A stretch of DNA of 63,697 nucleotides, filler included, from Phoronis australis (Eukaryota; Animalia; Phoronida), in assembly GCA_002633005.1 (NCBI GenBank). It is 10 parts of 10 records of this genome, joined end to end, with 100 filler letters (N's around TTAATTAATTAA, not from the genome) between each part and the next. Parts side by side here need not be neighbours in the genome. Positions count along the whole stretch, not along the records: positions 47,522 to 57,111 come from NMRA01001803.1; positions 57,212 to 61,959 come from NMRA01002498.1; positions 62,060 to 63,697 come from NMRA01002193.1; 7 more parts are not named here. One strand, given 5' to 3'. This document shows, piece by piece, positions 54,005-63,697 of this stretch. The notes beneath the pieces were generated by a model. It made no database searches. It was not told where the DNA came from and saw only the letters and a program-made list of their open reading frames with translations. A program made the translations under genes and the position numbers. Each line of letters opens with the position of its first letter. The stretch's first letter is position 1.

Positions 54005-55980
54005 TCACGAGGAATACGTTTCGGCAGCCAAACAGTTCATTCTCAAAAACACTAGTTTTAGTCCACGATGTATCTATTGTAACTAGTGCTGCCGTGAAAT
54101 CATCCTGAATGGGGTGAGTACTCTCATAAAAGGGCCATCAGCGTTCAGTGATCAACTCTCTTTTTGACATTTACGTCGAGAGCCAACTTTAGCGTGTAAT
54201 TTCCTTAGATCCGTCAGGTATACCCACGCGTGGCATTTTCAGACGAAAAACGCATGACTTTTAGTATCTTGTGTCTTCGGGCATCAAACGCATTGCCAAA
54301 TCGTGAAGCGACCATTTCTCTTTTGCTGTTGGTGAGTGGGCTTCATTTCTTCTGCTTTTCTTTCTCGTGAATTGTCTCGTTGCCAAACTATTTTTGCGCG
54401 GCCTCATAAAATGTCGATTTCCACGGCGTGTCGTTTGGTGAGCGGCCTCCGTGGGCGAGATTCTCTCGCCATGTTGTGGTGACTGGGTTTCAGGACGACT
54501 GCGGCTGTTCTTACACGACAGATTTATTCATCAAGTAAAAAGTGTCATGAAACGAGCCCAGTTTCTCGGGTATGCGTGGATCTCTTACGAAGGAAGTTAG
54601 GGTTTTTATTTTATGAACCCGTGCAAGAGATCGCTGACTTTTACAAGGCGGCACTGTGGAACATTCTGCTAAGAACCTCTGTGCGAAAAATTCACAATTC
54701 TCCCTACAGTAGAACATAATAAAACATGAAACACATATCAATCAATGAAAAATGTTGGAAAAGATGGTGGAAAAAATAAAGGAAGACTTGGAAAGATAAA
54801 ATGAAAAACAAACGCACAAAAATTGTGTACTAAACAGGGGATGAATGAAAAATGTGAAAATAGCAATACAGGAACAGTAAAAATTTGAAAACATATGGCG
54901 ACGGCATTTGTAGTAAATCTTAGTAAATGGCCGATAGATGTCACGACGTTCGCGTGCACAGCTCTGGGACCTGGCTGACCAGTGGCCTTTGATATTTATC
55001 ATCTCGGTTCGTCTCAGATGTTTTGATTCTTTTTCAATTCTTCAGACATACTAACACCCGCATTTTGAAGTGGAAAGAAATTACAAGTAATTGAGCACTC
55101 GGCCGCGTCGGCGTCCCCGGGGTGCGCCTTATAATCATCGGCTGCAAGTTGTAGGTTGTTAAGGTTGATTTTTGCAAACCTCGCACAGGAGGAATGCCGA
55201 GAAATCCGCCTATCTGAAAACGGATACACAATGCCTTGATTCAAATCAATAAACAAGGCGGTTTGAGGTTCAGACAAAGCAACTCTGCGTCACAAGCGCG
55301 AAGGAACGTAAACCACTGGGTGTCTCGTCATTTCCATTGTAGTGATCCTCCGTTCCTGTGCATGCCCACACAGTATATGGGTCATTGCCACGCTCCGACA
55401 CGTCGACTTTCAAATTTCTTAGATATATTTAATACGTAAACGCCAAAGATCAGTGACGGTAACTATAATATCTTTGGTAACGCTGTCCTGAAGTTGGTTT
55501 CCGAATGTTGTAAGACGCCATTGATGAAACACAAAGCGGTTCATCGTGCTCCCTCCCATGCCATTTCCTAACACGACCTTGACTCTTATCGCATTAGACT
55601 GCGTCAATAATATCTTCATCATTATTCCATGAACGTAGACTTCTTTTTCAGAAGTACTTCGAAAACTGACCCGCTACATCTTTAAAATTTAGGGTAATAG
55701 CACGCAGGGCACCTTAACATCGATCGGGGTCGTTGACTTATTCTAAGAGTCTAGACGAAGCGAGACCCTGATGGCAACAACAAATAAATCATCCTGTCTG
55801 TACATTAAACTAGATTCTCGTTTAGGCAGGGCTTCTGAAATGCATAGGAAAGGCGATTCTTCTACGGCAGATCTTTTGTTCACGTACACAACTGAATTTC
55901 AGAGGTAACAATCCGCGATGTACATGTAGTCTCTTCACGGATACGTTTCGGTAAGCAATAATAACCATCATCAGAAGTAA
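54005..55980 (-). mobile_element. Highly decayed Penelope-like retroelement
   Basis: Direct-repeat hammerhead-like cores at 55940-55974 and 54013-54046; frameshifted GIY-YIG-like traces (VHKI...Y..ETG; EID...AKIV...NSRERKAEE). Confidence 0.45.
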
Positions 55981-57266
55981 TATTTATACACAAGAAATGC
56001 AAACAATCCCAGTGCATGGTGTTCATTGTCAAAACAATTGAGAATAAATACAAAACAATCCTCAGTCATTGTCGTGGCGTTTCGATCACAGTAAAAACCA
56101 TGTGTGTACCGGCAAGTCTCTATCTATAGAAAACGTCTGATGCCTCTTGCAGTCTCGAACAACAAAGGCACAGTCTATGCGTGACGTGTCTCGCTCATGA
56201 TGTCCCTTTAAAAGGCGACATTAAGAAGAGCGATTTTGTGGGATCTACTTCAGCGCAGAATCGAGCCTGCAACCCCCCGTGTTCGTCAGCTTAACGCTTT
56301 GGAGCTAAAACCCAGAATACCAGAGTAGGCCTACGTGTATTTTAAGCGTATTCTACTGGTAAACTCTCCGGCTTTAATTTCAGAGAAGTCTGGAAGACAA
56401 TGACGACAATTGGCGCTTTGCACTTAAATCAAAAGATTTGGTTGTTTTGTAGTTTTGGTCAAAGCTAATTATAACTTCAAGAAGTCTATCCCATCCCAAC
56501 AGTAGTTCCCCAAAATGCGGTTTTCGGCCGGAGAACCGATAATATACCTTTGACAACAATCTAATTTTAGCAACTGTTTCTCCAAATGGTGCAGTAATTT
56601 TCAGGTAAAAATGTGCATAATTGATTTAAGCGCGGTATCACGTGCGTGACGTGAAAATGTAACCATGACAACACGATTTCCTGGTCACGGGTTTCAGGAT
56701 TAAACCGAAGGTGTATAGGCCTAAATATGGTCGAAATTAGTGACTTGCTTTGTAACTCACGAAATAAAACGGCAAGCTTCTAATTGGAGTTATGGCAAAA
56801 ATACACGAAATCGAGCCACCCTTGTCAACAAAATGTCAGAAAAGTATGCAACTTAAGCAACTCCAATTCAGGTCAAGTAGAAATCGCAAACGTCTGAATC
56901 AGGTCACCTACAACAAAGCACATTGATATCGTAAGCACCATCACCTCCATAATCGTCATCATTTTTTTAAGTTTGCAGTGTCACTCAACTAAACCTTGTC
57001 AGTGACAGTTTTAATTACAAAACAACACAAGACATTTTAGTATCTTAAAAGACATCAAAACTACACACATTTCAAATATAGAAGAAATAATCATAAAACT
57101 ATGCAGATGAANNNNNNNNNNNNNNNNNNNNNNNNNNNNNNNNNNNNNNNNNNNNTTAATTAATTAANNNNNNNNNNNNNNNNNNNNNNNNNNNNNNNNN
57201 NNNNNNNNNNNTGGCAAGTGCCCACAGATGAAATACAAATTACCCATTACCTTATACATGTTCCAG

Positions 57267-57518
57267 GGCCAAACTGTGGCAGATCTACCTGAATGATGCC
57301 GTGCTCGCCATATCTTGCCATCGCTATGACGATCAGAACAAAGTGTTTGCCGCGCTCGCTGACGGCACGGTGGCCATCTTGGAAGACGTTTGCGAGCAGG
57401 AACCGGGTAGTGACGTGTTTTACATCCCGGTGGGCTACTGCCCTCTCACGGCCATGTTGGTCGTCGATAACCAGCTGTGGTGTGCGTGTGGCAATTTGGT
57501 TTATATACTACATGCCAG
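57267..57518 (+). CDS. JIP3/JIP4-ARHGEF10/17-type WD40-like beta-propeller exon
   Basis: AKLWQIYLNDAVLAIS...KVFAALADGTVAIL...LTAMLVVDNQLWCACGNLVYIL; phase 2-2; AG/GT boundaries. Confidence 0.85.
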
Positions 57519-58396
57519 GTGTGTGACACTGTGTCCCTCGTAAGGACGCGCATTAATATGTTTGATACTTGCATTTGAACATTAAAGTGGTTTTAAGTCA
57601 CGTTCGGTCAAAGAAACTAGTTTTTGAATGAGACCGTCACCGCTTTAGAACTGATTTCAACTTCTTCCCAAGTCAGATGAGAAGTGGATTCTTAACTTGG
57701 AAAAATGACAATTTGTTTCCACTGTGCACAAAATTTGCAGACAGGACAAGCTAACTTGTAGAGCCTTGTCTCAAGCTGTAGTTCGTTCGTAGTTCACATA
57801 TCGCCGTTAATTTAACTTCGGAACTGTCCGAGTCTGATTATGTAATGGTACTAAGTGGTCATTATAAAAGCTAAAGTTATGTATACGATGGAAAGTGGTA
57901 AGTAGCCTTTTGAAAGTGAATGCATCCCTTGACGACTAATAGTCACGTGTCATTAAAAGTACTTACTGCCAAGCTACGGACCAATGGATTTTCACTTCTT
58001 AATGATTACACAAACTGCAGTGCTGGGGGATATGGCCTTTTTTGAACAAATCGTATTATTTGAAGGCCGACGTTTAAATTGCTGATACCCTCTCAGAGAA
58101 TTTTGCATGTAAACATGTTATGGTCTCGCTTTGTCTATAAAGTGTGTTGCGCTTGAATATTAAAATTTATGGTTTAAAAGCACCTCAGTCTTTAAAAATG
58201 AAAAAGATGACAAATCCAAGCTTCACTTGTGCTTCAACTATAACTGACACTGCACCACTAGAACTTGGACAACCTTTGATTCTCTAGTTTATTATAATGG
58301 GAAAAGTAAATCGTGTATAAGGTTTTTGTTATTTTTGACGTTTGAATGCCTAAACAACTTGCATTATTTTTATGCCATTATGTTTTTCATGGTTAG

Positions 58397-58589
58397 AACC
58401 CTTGATCCCATGGACAACTTTACAATATCTGTAAATCCATTCGACCACATTCTCTCCATGGTATACGGTGATGCTGGCGTCTGGATCGCTGTCAAAGGCT
58501 CGTCAGTAATCGAGCTGTGGGACCACAAACATCTCACCTGTAAAGTGCTCTTTGACGTCAGGGATAACAGGTTCCCTCTTCTACGTAAG
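58397..58589 (+). CDS. Beta-propeller exon 2
   Basis: TLDPMDNF...GVWIAVKGSSVIELWD...LLRK|GTGAG; phase 2-0. Confidence 0.85.
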
Positions 58590-59309
58590 GTGAGCTTTTT
58601 TAGTTCAGAATCCTTATCTACACCGGTGTCTCCGTGGAAACGTGACTATGTAGGATCTTGCTGCCAAGTCTGTACTGCAGTCAAATATCTGCACAACAGT
58701 AAAAGTATGCGCTATATCTGCACAACTATAGATTGTAATTCAGTAAAAGCACGCGCTATTTTCTGAAAGTAGAAGACTGTAGAATTCGATCTTTGACTTT
58801 TTACCATTAATTGGGTCGCGTGACCATGTTTTTGTAAGATTTAGCAAAAAGATAGGAACATTGGTAGTAAAACAGCAGAACTCAATGACATGTCTTTCTT
58901 TTGTTGTTCTAGATGAGAGTTCAAAAAGGTGTTTCTGTTTTCTAAATAGTAATTTTTTATGCAACTTTTGTTTGTTTTTCATATAAAACACGATAGTCCT
59001 GTACGTTATATCCTCTCACGCAGTAGAAAATATTTTAAAAATTCCCAACAGCATTCTGAATTGGCTACCTGTAAGCCCAATTAATATGTAATTTTAGCTT
59101 TTTGAATGTCAGATTGTTATATCTCAGAAATGGCTGATTACTAGATTCACTCAAAACTTTCGGGTTTTAAATATATACTTTACGCACTGCTCTTCGGAAC
59201 ACTGTTGGAAACTGCTTTTTAAATGTTCCGCTTTTGCGTGTGAAGTTATCAAGAAATATGATGACAGCTAACCTTATAAAACTAAAAATGTGATTACTTC
59301 CCCTGACAG

Positions 59310-61046
59310 GAGGATAGCTGTTACTTCAACCAAGCCCGTATCACCTCCATACTTCCTTACCAGAACTCTATCTGGATTGGCACTGGTGAGGGAAATCTCA
59401 TTATCTATGACTTGCTGGAGCGGACCAAGAGACATGAAGAGGGGTCTGGTAGTGACCTCAGTCATTCCAGCTCACCTTATTTGACAAGCAAAGGTGAAAT
59501 GGTGAACATTTGTGAGGTTGAGGAAAGAGTGAATGAGTTGTACTTCCAGCGAGCGTTTGGTATCTATGGTAACCAATTACTAGTGGACAGAAGCCGGATG
59601 TATCTTAGTCTTCCAGATGGTGTTACGTCAGAGACGTCCACAGACCCTCTGCGGGAAAGGGAAGGATCTGTAGATACTATAGTCAATAGTCAAGGGTCAA
59701 TGAGTACAGAGGTGTCCAGTGAGATTGTTTGTGATAGAAAGGCATCAGTGGACACATTGGTCAGTAATGATGGACAGGGTTCATTGGGTACAGAGGTGTC
59801 CAGTGAGACACCTCTGGAAAAGGAAGAGACGTTGGGTTCATTGGTCAGTGGGGATGGAGGTCAGAGTTCGCAGACTACAGAGTTGTCTGGTGAGACGCAT
59901 CAGGGCAGGGAAGGGTCAGTGGGTGCACTAGCTGGTGGGAGTGAAGATCAGAGTTCACTGAGTGCAGAGAAGTCTGTTGAGATACATGAGGACAGGGAAG
60001 GGTCAGTGGGTGGACTGGTCAATGGGAATGAAAATCAGAGTTCACTGAGGGCAGAGATGTCCAGTGAGACAACTCAGGACAAGGAGGGTGCAGTGGGTAC
60101 ACTGGTCAGTGAGGGTGGAGAGTGTTCGCTAAGTACAGAGACAGCCAGTGAGACACTTTGGGTCAGGGAGGGGTCACAAGATTCAGCTGGCAGTGGTAGC
60201 AGTCAGAATTTGGTGGATGTAAAGGCTTCCATCAACACCTGCACTGACAATGGACACCCACTGTCAATACAAGACAGCTCACTGGGTAATGTAGCTAGTG
60301 AACTAAACGACCTTTGTGTCTGTGGTGATGTTGCAGTAGATGAGAACCTAATACCCAGTCACAGTGGGGACGACATTGGTTGTGGAGAGGGAGAGGATTC
60401 TCACAACCCCCACTGTACTGTTAGGAACTCTGCCACCTCTTGCCTGGTTGAAGCCAGTCTAGAAAATGGACACATGAACAATTATGTGGGAAAAGATGGT
60501 GACCAGTTGTTGGAAGGTAGAGTCGAGAAAGCTGCTTGTGGTGATGGCAGCGTGGGAAGGGATGATCAAAGTTGCACTACAGAGAATTATGATGAGTCGG
60601 TGTGTGTGAATGGTGTACAGAATGGTAGTGGAGAGGCTCATTTGCCAGTGTTGATAGCTGGCAGTGATGTGTGTCCATGTGGTGAGGAAGGCTATGACAA
60701 GAGTGGGAAGAATGGGCATCAAACAGCTGAAAACAATAATTTGAAAATTGGCCACTCGGGGCTGGAAGTCTCCATGGAGATGGGGTCAAAGGTTACGGTG
60801 AAGGAACCCAGCGACAACCCATTGGCGTACAATGGAGGGATGGAACCAAGGGATGGAAATGGCATCAATGTCAAAACACTGGATGTATCTCTGCTGAACA
60901 GGTCCACGTCAGAAGGATCTGGTCGCAAGTTGTCACCTGTTAATGAGCTAGCGCCACCTGCAGGACTTGGGGCTTTGTCGGTGTCGTCATCGCGTCAAGC
61001 ATCTGCCGATGACTCGGATGGTGATGAACAGAAACCGACCATACAG
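59310..61046 (+). CDS. 1737-bp exon: end of the propeller segment followed by a long acidic Ser/Gly-rich region with internal repeats
   Basis: cctgacag acceptor; ARITSILPYQNSIWIGTGEGNLIIYDL runs in frame into the 567-aa ORF; donor CAG|GTATGT. Confidence 0.85.
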
Positions 61047-62059
61047 GTATGTGATAGTGTCATGCAAATTTGCACATGTTCATCAAATATTAAGTTTCGA
61101 GGTAAGATGTGTTAACAATTCTAGTTTTGTATGATTGCACTATGTCCATGGTGGAGCTGTTTTACCATGTTTTACTGCTCAATACTGACTCTGAATATAC
61201 GTTTGAATTTCTGTATTTATGTTTGAGTAGGCAAAGCCTATGATGCACAATAAATGATATTATTATTATTAGTGACTTGGTTGCTCAAAGTTTGAAATTT
61301 TTATGCCCACGTGGTGAGTGCAGCCTCACTGTAACCCAAGGACAAAGGGGAATTCCTGCCCAATTTCGGAGTTCAAAAGCCAACCCATAAGTTCTCTAGG
61401 TTGACACACAGCATTTGACACTACATGTCAATTGACTCGTAATCATATTTTCTCAGCCAAAGTGGGCTTCTAATATGTAAATTTCTTTTATCCTTGATTT
61501 AAAAGTGTAAATTTTAGGTGGTCAGAAAGCGCACACAGTCTCACTGTTTCTTGAAACTTGAGGACCGTTTGATTTTTTGCTGTTATGATTATGTTGTCAA
61601 TGGTAGACAGATTGAAATGGGTATTTCACTAGCAATGGATGAAGCTTTTACATTCAGTTTGTCATTTTGGGCTTGAAGGGGTAACTTGTTGGCATGGTGG
61701 CTCAGAATTTTGCTGAGGGTTGTAAATCATTGGTGTCGCTCACACGCAATAGGCCGTAGAAATTGACATGGAATGTCCAGTGAAAACAGTCCTTTGTGAA
61801 CCCTGCTCTTAGTCATACCACTGTCCCAATTGGACTGTGTAACTTAACACATCTGAGCACAGGGTTTATGCTCCTGGCTGAGAAGATAATTGTTTAATTA
61901 CCCCCTGTGGATGCATGAATAGAGGAGCCTAAAATGGCTTCATTATCATAATAATGTTGNNNNNNNNNNNNNNNNNNNNNNNNNNNNNNNNNNNNNNNNN
62001 NNNTTAATTAATTAANNNNNNNNNNNNNNNNNNNNNNNNNNNNNNNNNNNNNNNNNNNN

Positions 62060-62589
62060 CGCGATTCAGCGACGCATCAGTCGGCAAGTTTTCGCCCTGT
62101 GATGAGCACAATTTTTTGAAAAATTATCGTAATTTAACAACGGAAGTTGATAGCAATGCACCACAATTTTGTAGAAAGGCTGTCATAGGCTACAAATACG
62201 TCACAGAGCGTAAATTTGATGAATCCTAGCTTCCGATTTTACCCGTTTGGGAAACCGGGTTTCAACTGCCGTAGGCTCACTACAATAAGCGTCCCCTCCC
62301 CGTGAAATGAATTTTTCTAAGCGTTTGTTTGAGCCAATACAGTATACAGCTTTCCACCAAGGCTAGGTGATGCAAGACATTATTCTTTGTTGCATTATAA
62401 TAGTAACTGGTCTTGGCTAATTATCATTTTATGGCCTGGTCATCCATTCAGCCAAAAGTAGTTCCAGAGGTGGCTTATCAGCCAATTATTCACGCATGCT
62501 GACTCACAATAGAAGCCTGATAAGAGTGAAGGTGGATAAATGCGGTGTTCCTACAGTTTCTTGTTTTAGTGGATGTGTTCACGACATGT
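62060..62589. repeat. Dispersed repeat, inverted copy of 28625-29148
   Basis: Direct sequence comparison. Confidence 0.85.
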
Positions 62590-63697
62590 GGTAGTATGTG
62601 GGTTAGAGCTTACAGTCACACAAAGGAATCAGAAGACAGTTAAATCTAATTTCTTTGAGGGTCAACTGTTTTTCTTTGTTTGAAGTATTTTTAGGTGAAA
62701 GTGAAAGTATCTGTTTAGTATGAATTTGAGCTACCAAAACAGACAAAACTCATTTACTTCTAAGTTAACAAACAGTTCACCAGTTTTAATTTACTCATGA
62801 AGTCTGACCTAAATGTAGGTCCTTGGAAATAAACCTGATCGACAGTTAAGGTACATCCATAAGCGCTCACTGTCTACTCATCAACAATTTTGTTTTTTAA
62901 CACAAATACTCGGCTCACTTAATGCCCTCTCTAAATTTTCGAGCTTCCAAATTAAAGCACGCGCGGAGTGAGTACTCCAAATGTCTAATTAAATAAAGGA
63001 ATGTAAATTACATATAATGTCAGAGATTAAATCTTACATTACTGTCAAGCAGTCCAGTACTTTGTGAAGGTGCGAATGAAACATTGTGATTCCCTGTATG
63101 GTGACTAACACCATTGGTAGCAGACGACGAAGAACCTTCTACTACCACATTGTCAGCATCAGTCACATGGTTGACGGACGACATGATATGCCAGTGGTTG
63201 TTGAAGTCTCAGCTATTATCGGCAAATTCACTTCTCACAGTCACCGACATCATTACCAAGTAGACAACCTGTATGAAAAATTACAGAAAACTAATTAATA
63301 ATGTGAATTCCGGAAAATTAGTTCAAGCTAGGTTCATGAAATTGGGAGACTATACGTGAATGAAAAAACAATTGCAGACATTTCATAGCCAAGAGATTAC
63401 TTTATGAACAAATATGTAATGTCTAAAACCATTCATCACAGTTTTAGATGGTCTACAGTAGCAGCGACTAAAGTTTAATGAACCTGACCAATGAATGTGT
63501 CCATGCTTGACCAGTGCGGATTGACATGTGGAGAATTTCTGGCTTACACGGGTCACCACTCAGATTCCCTTAGTCCCAGACAAGTTTTATAATGCCTATT
63601 CAGCTTGCCCTTTGTATTGACGTAGATCTGAGCTAATGAAGTGCACTACTATCTCAACAGTGGTGGTTGTTATTACACTATTTATACAGAGTTACCA

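Noticed and set aside
63209-63268. Terminal exon VVYLVMMSVTVRSEFADNS* after a good minus-strand acceptor
   Set aside because: Too short to assign, phase ambiguous, and no partner exon in the window
1-63697. Functional gene neighbourhood among the host genes
   Set aside because: The genes lie on separate contigs joined by linkers, so adjacency cannot be interpreted

Overview
This is eukaryotic, AT-rich, intron-containing animal DNA, most likely a marine invertebrate (inference from gene and transposon content). It is not one contiguous locus. Nine identical 100-bp linkers (N44-TTAATTAATTAA-N44) join ten contigs: 1-4935, 5036-8362, 8463-15291, 15392-26014, 26115-29220, 29321-43326, 43427-47421, 47522-57111, 57212-61959 and 62060-63697. 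Host exons with GT-AG boundaries encode a sushi/CCP plus Thr/Pro-rich protein, a CE4 chitin-deacetylase-like protein, an APPL-like PH domain, SPMAP1/C17orf98 (with an upstream RFX X-box), tandem kringle domains, the C-terminus of a RASSF7/8-like protein, and a JIP3/ARHGEF17-type beta-propeller followed by a giant repeat-bearing exon. The dominant accessory content is DNA transposons. There are two Academ (AcademX-type) elements encoding a DDE transposase fused to an XPG/FEN-like nuclease: one nearly intact and one decayed with ~280-bp TIRs and a 3-bp GTA TSD. There is also a nested Kolobok-like > Tc2-like > hAT-like MITE stack, a MITE family with 6-bp TSDs, Harbinger and THAP remnants, and a decayed Penelope-like element with hammerhead-like motifs. 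Most short ORFs in the track are spurious, and no CRISPR, rRNA or intact tRNA was seen. All family assignments come from motif recognition; no database search was run.
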